Assembly: GCA_964399075.1 (NCBI GenBank)
Contig: CAYNPK010000002.1
Coordinates: 20,418 to 84,417 of the forward strand
Direction: 5' to 3'
Source of the DNA: an uncultured Candidatus Saccharibacteria bacterium
Lineage (GTDB): Bacteria; Patescibacteriota; Minisyncoccia; Phycocordibacterales; JACOZG01
Length of the DNA stretch: 64,000 nt
Below, one piece after another: positions 8,545-16,497 of this stretch; within the stretch, counting starts at the first letter, position 1, and the number at the start of each line of letters is the position of its first letter. The position numbers and the translations under genes are program-made. The notes under the pieces were generated by a model. The model did not search any database. It was given only the letters and a program-made list of their open reading frames with translations, and was not told the origin of the DNA.

Positions 8545-9363
8545 TCACCCCATCTTTTCTTCCAGCAGCTTCTTTGTTTCATTGGGGTGACACATCCAGA
8601 AGTCTTCTCCCTCTATGTCGGTTGGCTCGAAGGCGATGATAAGCGGTTTGTGACCCAGTGTTTTATAGGCCTCAATAAAAGCTGGAAGAAACACTTCTCT
8701 GGTGAAGGAGATTTCTTTGTGATCAAGCATAAAGTTTTCAAACAAGACGCCGTTTCTAATGAATAATGATAGGAAGGGAGTATAGTATTCATTGGCGGTC
8801 ACGCCATGATTTTTAAACCACTTAGACGCATCGTAAAAAGAATCTCTGCGAAGTAATTTGTAAGTTTTTCTAAAAAGTCCGTGATGGAATCCTACCAGAG
8901 ATTGGTTCCATAAAGTTTTAACTTTTGAAATCTTTTTTCCTACAAATTCATTAAATTCAATGGCGTTTATTCTTTCTATTTTCATCCCCCCCTTCTTCCC
9001 TCTGCCTTGGAAAAAACTCAACTTGCCCAGGGAGTGTTTCCAGTCGTTGTTAGAAGTAAATTTATCATGCCGATATTCCCAAAACAGGAGCTTAGTATCT
9101 TCCAACGCATCAGCAATGCTGACAAATCTTCGGATTTCGTAATTGGGAGTAATCACCTGACGGAAAATTACCGCCCGCGGGTCTTTCTTGAAGGGCTCGG
9201 GGATGTCGTTCTTGAGAATTTTCAGCACTTTTTTCTCAAGTTCTTTGTCTTTTCTCCGCTCTTTTAACTCCCCAAGAGCCACCGACAGGGGAGTATAAAT
9301 AGTTTCTTCAAACAACTTCCTATTCGAGATGATTTTCGGAATATCCTCCAGTCTGGGAACCAT
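8545..9363 (-). CDS. hypothetical protein, family C (no recognisable motif)
   Basis: 272-aa ORF. Its 3'-terminal sequence recurs as truncated remnants at 15030..15112 and 16628..16660. Confidence 0.5.
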   Translation of the reverse strand: MVPRLEDIPKIISNRKLFEETIYTPLSVALGELKERRKDKELEKKVLKILKNDIPEPFKKDPRAVIFRQVITPNYEIRRFVSIADALEDTKLLFWEYRHDKFTSNNDWKHSLGKLSFFQGRGKKGGMKIERINAIEFNEFVGKKISKVKTLWNQSLVGFHHGLFRKTYKLLRRDSFYDASKWFKNHGVTANEYYTPFLSLFIRNGVLFENFMLDHKEISFTREVFLPAFIEAYKTLGHKPLIIAFEPTDIEGEDFWMCHPNETKKLLEEKMG

Positions 9364-9404
9364 CTCAAGATTCTACCACAGAATGGCTAAAATTAGAAGG
9401 GGTG
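9364..9404 (-). promoter_or_regulatory. repeated promoter module (copy 3), extended -10 TGGTAGAAT only 6 nt from ATG (leaderless arrangement)
   Basis: Minus strand reads CCCCTTCTAATTTTAGCCATTCTGTGGTAGAAT cttgag ATG(9363). Confidence 0.4.
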
Positions 9405-9441
9405 TTGCGTGCTCTGGTAGATTATTGCTATTCTTTGAATA

Positions 9442-10056
9442 ATGAATAAAAATATTGAAATAGAAGTACGTGGCCTGTTGACGAAAGAAAAATTCGATAA
9501 TTTAGTATGTTTATTTGAGGCGAAAGCAAAAAAGACGGCAGAGAAAAATAGAGTTTTGATTGATTACTCCACTTTTTTGGAAGGCGGAGTAAAAAATAGA
9601 AATAAGGATATACGATTGCGAGTAACTAATGGGACTCCAGAAATTATCGTCAAGATTGGTGAATGGGGAGGATCTGAACGACGGAAAGAGCTCTCAGCTT
9701 TTACTAGCCCTGGCGAGTTTGACACCTTAGTTGAGATTTTTGGTGAACTCGGATTTTGTAAAGGAATGTTGTGTGTAAGAAAAAGCAAAGTGTACGAATA
9801 CAGAGATATCGAGTTTGCATTAGTAGAAGTACCAGGACATAGTTATTATTATGAGGCAGAAAAAATGGTGCACGAAGAAGAAGACGCTGAAAAAATAATT
9901 GAAGAAATTAAAAATGTTTGCAAAGAGCTTAATCTTGAAGTTCTTGATAAAAAACATTTTTTTGAGTACATAGAAAAATTAAATAAAGAATCCAATGAGG
10001 TTTTTGAGTACAAAAACCATACTTCAAATTATTTTAAAAATAGATTTAATCTATAA
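9442..10056 (+). CDS. CYTH-domain protein (triphosphate tunnel metalloenzyme family)
   Basis: N-terminal IEIEVRGLL (ExExK-type motif). Paralog of 20073..20681. Confidence 0.6.
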   Translation: MNKNIEIEVRGLLTKEKFDNLVCLFEAKAKKTAEKNRVLIDYSTFLEGGVKNRNKDIRLRVTNGTPEIIVKIGEWGGSERRKELSAFTSPGEFDTLVEIFGELGFCKGMLCVRKSKVYEYRDIEFALVEVPGHSYYYEAEKMVHEEEDAEKIIEEIKNVCKELNLEVLDKKHFFEYIEKLNKESNEVFEYKNHTSNYFKNRFNL

Positions 10057-10126
10057 AGAAATACGAAAATAAAAACGAGCGACGGGTTTTGAACCTGCCG
10101 CTCGTTGGGAGTGAACCATTAGGATG

Positions 10127-10372
10127 TCATCCATGATGACCTCTCACAAAAATTTTCCCTCGGATAATTTTGTGTGCGGGTCTGTTATGGATAACGGCGT
10201 GACGGGCAAACTCTTGACCGCAAAAAGGGCACTTCAGATCGCCGTTGGTGTTATCCAGTATTATCATATCGGAATAACACTTAATGAGTGTTCCTCCACC
10301 CTCTTTTTTGTAGCGGTAAAGCAGAGTCATGCACTTAGCGCAATGTATTGCGATTGTGTATGTTTTTCTCAT
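10127..10372 (-). CDS. small zinc-ribbon protein
   Basis: 81-aa ORF with CAKC...CPFC pairs. Lies 10 nt downstream of the PreA-like gene. Confidence 0.4.
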   Translation of the reverse strand: MRKTYTIAIHCAKCMTLLYRYKKEGGGTLIKCYSDMIILDNTNGDLKCPFCGQEFARHAVIHNRPAHKIIRGKIFVRGHHG

Positions 10373-10381
10373 GTAAATCTC

Positions 10382-11530
10382 CTAGAATGACACCTTGATA
10401 GCGCCAAATTTTGGAGGGCATACTCCAACGCAGGCGTTGCACGAAATGCAATTGTCGGCGATAACCGCCAACGGATTTTCGTCTGCACGACGAACTATTG
10501 AGAGGGCATCAAAGGCGCAGGCACGGACGCAGATTCCGCAACCCGTACACTTCTCTTCGATCACAACAGGACGAGGTGACGAAAACTGGTGTTCACTCGT
10601 CTTGTTGAGTGTAAGTCCGACTAGCTCTTCGACCGAGGCATACTTTGGGTTCTCTGCGAGAAACCTCCGCAAGTCAGCCGTAACCCGCCTGAAGACCGTA
10701 GGACCCTTCAGTGCTGGTGCGGTGTAAAGTTGCACTGCATTTGCACCTGCCATGAGCATCTGAATCACATCGTCTGCGGTGAAGATTCCACCGCAACCGA
10801 CGACTGGGATCTCGAGTTTTTCTGAAAGTTGACGTACACACCATAGAGCAATGGGGAAAATTGCTTTTCCCGTTACTCCACCACCTCCGCCTTTGATTCC
10901 AAGTTTTGGTTTGGCGGTTTTGGTGTCAATCAACATTCCAGGGCCTATGCTGTTTGTGCAAACGATAGCATCAGCTCCCAGTTCTTCAGCTCGTTGCGCC
11001 ATCGGGATCAGCAGGTTCGAGTACGACAGCTTGATCCAGATCGGTGTCGTCGTAACATCACGCACTTTTTTCATCAGTTGTTCTAGATGTAGTGCGTCGA
11101 CATTCAGATTCCCGTGTAGTGCTCCGGAATGTGAACAGGAGATGTTGATCTCGTAAGCATCAACATCTATCTCGTCGAATGTCTGGATCAGATAGCAACA
11201 GCTATCCATGTCGCGCCCAGAAAGCGAGATGATGATCGGGCAACCAGTTTCCTTGACTTGGCGTACTCCATGTTCCTGCCAATCCGTCCACGGCTTTTCG
11301 TTTCCCCACTCGCAGTTAAGCATGTTGTCTTGACCGAAAACTGCGTAGCGTGGAGCTGTGATTCTTGAACGTTCCGCTGGAACATGTTGCTTGAGCGATC
11401 GGGTCACCACGCCAGCACATCCGTATGGTTGAGCCTTCAGGAAAAACTTCGATGTTTCGGTGATGTACCCTGAGGCCAGCAACAACGGAGTCCGTAATTT
11501 CACTTTGCCGACTTGTGCATTGAGAGACAT
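10382..11530 (-). CDS. PreA-like dihydroorotate/dihydropyrimidine dehydrogenase-family flavoprotein with C-terminal 2x[4Fe-4S] ferredoxin domain
   Basis: DHOD-like core (GGGGGVTGKAIFPIALWCV) plus CTGCGICVRACAF and CISCNACVGVCPP. Best start is ATG 11530, 6 nt after GGAGG. Confidence 0.7.
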   Translation of the reverse strand: MSLNAQVGKVKLRTPLLLASGYITETSKFFLKAQPYGCAGVVTRSLKQHVPAERSRITAPRYAVFGQDNMLNCEWGNEKPWTDWQEHGVRQVKETGCPIIISLSGRDMDSCCYLIQTFDEIDVDAYEINISCSHSGALHGNLNVDALHLEQLMKKVRDVTTTPIWIKLSYSNLLIPMAQRAEELGADAIVCTNSIGPGMLIDTKTAKPKLGIKGGGGGVTGKAIFPIALWCVRQLSEKLEIPVVGCGGIFTADDVIQMLMAGANAVQLYTAPALKGPTVFRRVTADLRRFLAENPKYASVEELVGLTLNKTSEHQFSSPRPVVIEEKCTGCGICVRACAFDALSIVRRADENPLAVIADNCISCNACVGVCPPKFGAIKVSF

Positions 11531-12102
11531 GGCCATCCTCCTTTCTTTGTTAAGTGTGATGCCAAAACTTCGAGCACCGCATCCAGAACTCGAGATTCTC
11601 CAGCTTCAGTAACTTCAATTACTGAAGTAAATAGCGAACTTCGCAGCAGGATTGTGTTGATTTCGCTTTCGGCTGTTGTAACTCTTTTTTCTATCTCTGC
11701 CAAACTTTCGGTCTTTCGTACGACAGAAAGTCTTTTGTGGAGCAGTGAGAGGTCAAAAGTCACAAGACCGATAGTGAAAATCTCGGGGTTAATTCTGAGC
11801 GCTTCCAACATGTTGTCTGGATGCACCTCAGTCAGTTTGATGTCTGAACTTGGGAGCAGGTCTTCTTTTCTCAGGCCATAACGATGGCCAAAGAGGTCTT
11901 GGACCAAGACAAGCTCGCTAGAGTCAGTCATGCGATTGAATTCAAGAACTGGAACATGGATTCTGTTTCCGCCCTGCTCGTTTGGACGCAGAGGACGGGT
12001 TGTAAACCATGCCAATTCCTGGATGTGCGGATGAAGTTGTAGCAGTCGTTCCTTAATGAAGCCCTTGCCAATTCCAGAGGGACCGCTAAGAGAGATAATC
12101 AT
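11500..12102 (-). CDS. guanylate kinase-like P-loop protein
   Basis: ISLSGPSGIGKG Walker A and WFTTRPLRPNE guanylate-kinase signature. 3' end overlaps the PreA-like gene start. Confidence 0.6.
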   Translation of the reverse strand: MIISLSGPSGIGKGFIKERLLQLHPHIQELAWFTTRPLRPNEQGGNRIHVPVLEFNRMTDSSELVLVQDLFGHRYGLRKEDLLPSSDIKLTEVHPDNMLEALRINPEIFTIGLVTFDLSLLHKRLSVVRKTESLAEIEKRVTTAESEINTILLRSSLFTSVIEVTEAGESRVLDAVLEVLASHLTKKGGWPCLSMHKSAK

Positions 12103-12204
12103 TACGCCTTCCTTTTCAGTTTGTGAATGTACTATGAAGAGGAAAACTTCCTCTTTCTATTAAAGAAGATAACATAAATAAGTTTTTAAGTAAATAGTAC
12201 GCGT

Positions 12205-12779
12205 CTAGAAATTACTAGCTTTTTCGCCCAGCCTCTCTAAGGCTAAGACTTCATATCTCGGAATTTTGTAACCGCCTCTCTTTTTAATTTCTGCTAGTAA
12301 CAGCTTCATGTAATGCTGAATCGCTCCGAATTTTTCGTATTTTTTATCTGTTTCTGAGGAACACTAAGAATATCTCCCAGAACCTTTCGGCAGTTCTCTG
12401 ATCCACATTCACATTTCATTTTCCATTCTGTTGGAGCCATTGTCATGGAGTAGTCGTAGGTTATTTCTTCTCCCGTATCTATATCCCTAAGCGCAAAAAG
12501 TTCACTCTTTTTTCTTATACCTCCGCTCGGGTCACAGCTGTGATTAAAAGTGCGAGACAGTTCATCAAGATCAATATAGGTTTGTCTGCCAATCTGAAAT
12601 GGGTCATCGATATTTTCTTTGCCGGAAATGACACTGTCTACAAGATTTTTTAGAGTCAATTTTTTCCCATCAAGAACGTGGATAATTTCACCCTTCTTTA
12701 TGTCCTGACCAGCAAAAACTCCCTTACCATACTTGTCGGTATTCTTAACAATTAATTTTTTGTCTGAAAATGAAGTCAT
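12205..12779 (-). pseudogene. SET-domain protein paralog carrying a -1/+1 frameshift in an A6 run (pseudogene or sequencing error)
   Basis: Residues 1-157 (MTSFSDKKLIVKNTDKYGKGVFAG...NHSCDPSG...KCECGSENC) are in one frame to 12306. The C-terminal MKLLLAEIKKRGGYKIPRYEVLALERLGEKASNF continues in another frame to stop at 12205. The switch is at the homopolymer near 12343..12349. Confidence 0.5.
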
Positions 12780-12787
12780 GGTGGGGG

Positions 12788-12950
12788 GGTTATTGAATTA
12801 TATAACACATGATAGTTTACACAACTTCTCACGCTTTTTTATTTTTGCCACACTAGTTATTAATAGATCTAAGGTACTCCAAGCTTGTTTTTACAAAATT
12901 TACAACATTTGGTTCTTTTGTCCAAATCTTTTTTATTTCTTCCACAAACT
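12788..12950. repeat. near-identical copy (~165 nt) of 5321..5485: promoter-module core plus the 3' coding end of a family-A HExxH gene (gene remnant)
   Basis: ggttattgaattatataacacatgatagtttacacaacttctcacgc...ttggttcttttgtccaaatc is shared with few mismatches. No intact ORF here. Confidence 0.6.
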
Positions 12951-12995
12951 TTTTTAAATACGGGTTCATGTTTCTATTATATGATATGTGTAGCC

Positions 12996-13622
12996 CTAGC
13001 TATTTCTTATTATCTTTTCTAAGTTAGGGTAATGATCCTCAAATGCCTTTTTGATTTTCTCTGTCTCATCTATCCCAATAGGTATCTTTTGCCACCTATG
13101 AAGTTCTGGAAAAGCTTTATCAAACAATAATTCAACTAAAGTCTCCTTCTGCCATTGTCCTACTTTGTATTTATCTATCAAAGGTTGGATGTGGAGATGG
13201 ATAGTTTCGTGCAAGAGGGTGTTGATAATGCCCCCCGTGTTTTTCTTAGAAATATTTATGATTACTCCATTCGGCGGTGAATAACTGCCACCGATGCCAT
13301 ATTTTGTTAAAACTATTTCTATTTCAGGGATCGGTTCTAATTTCAATTCTTCAATTAGTTTTAATAATCTGCTTTTTTGAGATTCTATCCCTGCTCTTGC
13401 TTCTTGCTCTATGTTTAAAAAAGTTCCCGCCGAATATTCATTATCTATCCTTTTTTCTAAAGCCTCTTCGGTATCGTTTTCTAAATTTTCCATATCCATT
13501 CCTGTCGGGAAAGTTAGATTATCCAATTTGTAGCCATTAGCTTTAAACCAGTCCAACCTCTTGATTGTCTGGAGGATTCTCGTTTTCTCTAATTTTGGTG
13601 AATATTTAAAGCTGAAGTTCAT
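12996..13622 (-). CDS. HExxH metallopeptidase-like protein, family D (LLHETIHLHIQP)
   Basis: 208-aa ORF with a single HEXXH. Confidence 0.55.
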   Translation of the reverse strand: MNFSFKYSPKLEKTRILQTIKRLDWFKANGYKLDNLTFPTGMDMENLENDTEEALEKRIDNEYSAGTFLNIEQEARAGIESQKSRLLKLIEELKLEPIPEIEIVLTKYGIGGSYSPPNGVIINISKKNTGGIINTLLHETIHLHIQPLIDKYKVGQWQKETLVELLFDKAFPELHRWQKIPIGIDETEKIKKAFEDHYPNLEKIIRNS

Positions 13623-13654
13623 GGTTATGTATTAATAATAGACAAAAAAATGGC

Positions 13655-13690
13655 TCCGGACAAATAATGTTCGGAGCCATCAGGTTATTA
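13655..13690 (-). terminator. rho-independent terminator closing rSAM no.3 - peptide operon
   Basis: ATGGCTCCG-loop-CGGAGCCAT perfect 9-bp stem with TTTTTTT on the minus strand. Confidence 0.5.
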
Positions 13691-13700
13691 CCGCTGTGCC

Positions 13701-13859
13701 TCATAGGCAATCAGGGCAATCGCAATCGGGAGGATTGGGACAATCGTCCGGGTCCGGTTGGCAGTACCCATCGCTCGACAAAGACCGAGCGCGTAGGTTT
13801 TGCACGGGTAAATCTCTTGAGATACCCGGCGTCGTCATCATTTCCGCTAGTGCTTCCAT
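13701..13859 (-). CDS. 52-aa Asp/Pro/Cys-rich peptide, candidate ranthipeptide-like RiPP precursor
   Basis: ATG 13859 preceded by GGAGAAAGGAGAG, 27 nt after the rSAM no.3 stop. Sequence MEALAEMMTTPGISRDLPVQNLRARSLSSDGYCQPDPDDCPNPPDCDCPDCL. GC-rich. Below the ORF-track size cutoff. Confidence 0.5.
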   Translation of the reverse strand: MEALAEMMTTPGISRDLPVQNLRARSLSSDGYCQPDPDDCPNPPDCDCPDCL

Positions 13860-13886
13860 GATGCCAACTCTCCTTTCTCCTGGAAC

Positions 13887-14915
13887 TTACCGTCCAGGTA
13901 CTAGGGTTTGAGCGTCGAAGACTGTCCACATCAGAGGACATCCTCCTCCGCAGTAATCCTTATGCTCACAATCGATGCACCTGTTGGATGGGTATGAGTT
14001 GATCCGGTCGTGATTGGTCGACACCTCCTCACTGTTCAATAGCCTTAGGAGTGAGTTTGCGTCATGAAAATCTTGATCGATTTCTCCTGTTGGAAATTCT
14101 GACATTCCATTACACGCAAGGAGGTTGCCAGCTGGGTCGAATATTACTCCCGTTCTGTTTTGGAATTGACATCCCGTGCAGAGTTGTCGCCTCTCCATGA
14201 GTAGACTAATAAAATCCCTTGGCCACACACAAAGTGGTGTTTTGAGAGAGAGGACCATCCTCCCATCCATCAGTTCGTGAAGCTTCTGGTATTGCGACAC
14301 GATATCTGTGACCAAATCAGCTATTGGGATCATTCCAGTTGTGCTAGGCCCCCGTTTGCCGACTGAAGGAGTGCAAGGACTAATGCTCACGCTATTTGCT
14401 CCACACTCTCGCGCAAAGGTCACAAGTTGGAGAAGTTTACCTCGAACGAAAGAGTTGTAGACCAGGCTAGCCCCGCATCCAAATTCTGAGGCTAATCGAG
14501 ATAGTCCAAGTCTCAATTGTTGCCAGTTGGATATGTGTGCCAGACTTTTACCTGACTCCTCATCGAAAGCTTTGATGGAGGGACTTACCCGATCATTTGG
14601 TGATTTTAGATATCCTGACCAGAAAAGATCGTCAGAAAATCTCTCTCCGTTTGTGACGATTGTGGTCTTGATTCCACAAGCTCTTGACTCCCTGTTGAAT
14701 CTTAAAAGAGGTTCCCAGAGCGTGGGTTCCCCCCCGATCAGGTCAATCTGCTTTATCTCCAAGTCTTTAATTATTGACAGAAGCCTTAGAGATAGTGGTA
14801 GGCTCATTGTTTTGCCACCGTCAAAACCTTGGTTTCTTGCATAACACCATTTACAACGGAAGTTGCACGACAAGTTTGTTGTAATCCAGGCAACCTTTGG
14901 TTTGGCTGTAAGCAT
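13887..14915 (-). CDS. radical SAM / SPASM-domain peptide maturase (rSAM no.3)
   Basis: CNFRCKWC, IGGEPTL, and C-terminal CIDCEHKDYCGGGCPLMW. RBS GGGAGGA 8 nt before ATG 14915. Confidence 0.85.
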   Translation of the reverse strand: MLTAKPKVAWITTNLSCNFRCKWCYARNQGFDGGKTMSLPLSLRLLSIIKDLEIKQIDLIGGEPTLWEPLLRFNRESRACGIKTTIVTNGERFSDDLFWSGYLKSPNDRVSPSIKAFDEESGKSLAHISNWQQLRLGLSRLASEFGCGASLVYNSFVRGKLLQLVTFARECGANSVSISPCTPSVGKRGPSTTGMIPIADLVTDIVSQYQKLHELMDGRMVLSLKTPLCVWPRDFISLLMERRQLCTGCQFQNRTGVIFDPAGNLLACNGMSEFPTGEIDQDFHDANSLLRLLNSEEVSTNHDRINSYPSNRCIDCEHKDYCGGGCPLMWTVFDAQTLVPGR

Positions 14916-15029
14916 TTGAGTTTCCTCCCAATATCAAAGAACAAAATGAGATCGGGACCATCCTGAATCTCGTCTAAGATTAAGACTACGTCTGCTATTT
15001 TATTTTGTCAAGATTATGTATCCGTCTAC

Positions 15030-15112
15030 CCCATCTTTTCTTCCAACAGCTTCTTAGTTTCATTGGGATGGAACATCCAGAAGCCCTCTCCCTCTATGTC
15101 GGTTGGGTAGAA
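15030..15112. repeat. truncated remnant of the 3' end of a family-C gene (cf. 8548..8640)
   Basis: ccccatcttttcttccaacagcttcttagtttcattggg...ccagaagccctctccctctatgtcggttgg is about 90% identical to the 8545..9363 C-terminal coding sequence. Confidence 0.5.
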
Positions 15113-15169
15113 TTAGTGTAATATAAAGATATAGACAACTGTATTTTTTGCAAAATCACTCGAAAAGAA

Positions 15170-15460
15170 TTGCCAAGTGAGATTGTCTTTGAGGACGATG
15201 ATTTTCTCGCTTTTTTGGATATTGAACCGAAAACTCTTGGTCATACTATTTTAATACCCAAACAACATTGTACCCAATTAGAGAGTCTTTCTCGGCCACT
15301 GCAAGAAAAATTGATCAATTTGATCAGTAGACGTTCGGCTGAATTGAAAGAGAAATACAAATACACTAGTACTGTAATTCTAATCAATAACGGCGAAGCG
15401 GTTGAAGACATTAAACATTTCCATGTTCATATCTACGGTTGGCCAGCTACAGAGCTTTAA
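15170..15460 (+). CDS. HIT-family (histidine triad) nucleotide hydrolase; N-terminus disrupted, non-ATG start
   Basis: HFHVHIYG HIT motif. The ORF is open back to 15122 (IKDIDNCIFCKITRKELPSEIVFEDDDFLAFLDIEP) with no ATG/GTG; the first start-like codon is TTG 15170. The upstream sequence is the family-C remnant. Confidence 0.55.
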   Translation: MPSEIVFEDDDFLAFLDIEPKTLGHTILIPKQHCTQLESLSRPLQEKLINLISRRSAELKEKYKYTSTVILINNGEAVEDIKHFHVHIYGWPATEL

Positions 15461-15591
15461 TTTGTCATTTTCCACCAAACAAATCAATTAGATTGACTAG
15501 TGAAAGCCAGATTGTATAAAAAACAAAGAAATGTTAGTCTGTAATTGGTCAGATTGGCTCATTGTGAAGTACCATTGAACCCAGAAAGGGG

Positions 15592-15975
15592 GTGATAAAA
15601 TGCTATAATTTATTTATGGATAACGATGTTGGTCAATTCAAAAAGGAATTGAAACTTGTCAACGATGCTTTGGGATCAGAAGTAATGGAAGAAAAAATAA
15701 TTAAATATCTTACTCCTCTTGTGAAGCGTGTCGCTCAAGAGTTCATCGATGATTACCAACGCCAGAAAAACCTTAAACTAACTGGACAAGAGAAAGCTTT
15801 GGCAACAAAAGCTGGATGGGCGCATCTCCATTTGGCTTTACGCAAATACGCCGAGACGGCAATAGACATGGCAGAGGGGAGGAAGAAGCCATACACTTTC
15901 AGTGCTTATTTTACTTGGTTTGTAAAACAAGGAGTATCTGAATATTTGCAGTTTCAATATTTATCAAAAACTTAA
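15592..15975 (+). CDS. hypothetical protein
   Basis: 127-aa ORF with no motif recognised. Confidence 0.35.
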   Translation: MIKCYNLFMDNDVGQFKKELKLVNDALGSEVMEEKIIKYLTPLVKRVAQEFIDDYQRQKNLKLTGQEKALATKAGWAHLHLALRKYAETAIDMAEGRKKPYTFSAYFTWFVKQGVSEYLQFQYLSKT

Positions 15976-15984
15976 GATCATTCT

Positions 15985-16254
15985 CTAGGCTTTTATTGTC
16001 TCAAAATGTAGAACGACTTCTTTTGGTATGGTCATTGCACCGCGAAGGTCGTCATTTTGATTAGTTACTATCTCTCTAGCCAAAACATAATTATCAGGAT
16101 TATCTTCAATCAAAAAACCGACTACGTGGAAAATATGCAATGGGAAATTCTTATTTGGCGTACTTGGTTTCTCCATCTGTTGATCCCAGAGTACGATATC
16201 TTTGTAAACCAAGAAAACTATTGGGTATTTAGCTGTGTGTTTGTTTGTGGGCAT
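15985..16254 (-). CDS. hypothetical small protein (no Cys; MPTNKHTAKYPIVFLVYKD...)
   Basis: ATG 16254 lies downstream of the intrinsic terminator at 16283..16320. The ORF is in frame with the GC-rich segment upstream but is probably a separate unit. Confidence 0.3.
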   Translation of the reverse strand: MPTNKHTAKYPIVFLVYKDIVLWDQQMEKPSTPNKNFPLHIFHVVGFLIEDNPDNYVLAREIVTNQNDDLRGAMTIPKEVVLHFETIKA

Positions 16255-16282
16255 AATATAACTTAAAATTAATAAAAAAAGG

Positions 16283-16320
16283 TGGCTCTGCATGGTGTAT
16301 GCTCGGCCACCTTTTTGTTG
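16283..16320. terminator. bidirectional intrinsic terminator (A-run, GGTGGC..GCAT-ACACC-ATGC..GCCACC, T-run)
   Basis: Two-tier hairpin flanked by AAAAAAA and TTTTTGTT. Confidence 0.55.
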
Positions 16321-16497
16321 AAAGGGGTCATTCATTTGCCCCTCGTCGAACCACGGCTTCCGCCGCCGGAACCGGCATTGCCGGTGCATGCCGCCTTTTC
16401 CACCCTTGGAATTGCGCACCACGGGGAACGGCGTAGCCTTGTCGCTACCTGGATAGCCCATGCTGTCCGGGCGCCGCGCACAATCGTAGTTGGCCAT
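16320..16497 (-). other. GC-rich (~60% vs ~38% background) segment with strong SD + ATG but no stop before an intrinsic terminator: candidate structured leader/ncRNA or horizontally acquired small ORF
   Basis: AGGAGGTGATAAGC ATG at 16497; putative translation MANYDCARRPDSMGYPGSDKATPFPVVRNSKGGKGGMHRQCRFRRRKPWFDEG... The terminator 16283..16320 lies inside the open frame. Confidence 0.3.

Noticed and set aside
8357-8545. Additional tiny ORFs (18-24 aa) between peptide no.2 and gene 8545..9363
   Set aside because: They have no RBS, are AT-rich and lack Cys.
12733-12957. 74-aa plus-strand ORF
   Set aside because: It lies within the duplicated gene-fragment repeat, antisense to the stub of a family-A HExxH gene. 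It is AT-rich and low complexity.
13667-13941. Track ORFs 13667..13861(+), 13696..13911(+), 13711..13941(-)
   Set aside because: These are shadow frames over the SD-preceded 52-aa Cys-rich peptide ORF and the rSAM 3' end. None has a ribosome-binding site.
16320-16497. Assignment of the GC-rich element to a known riboswitch class (guanidine-I/ykkC or glycine)
   Set aside because: Only partial motif resemblance (GGUUCCGGCG, GGUUCGACGAGGGGCAA). The downstream gene is not a typical regulon member. This needs a covariance-model search.
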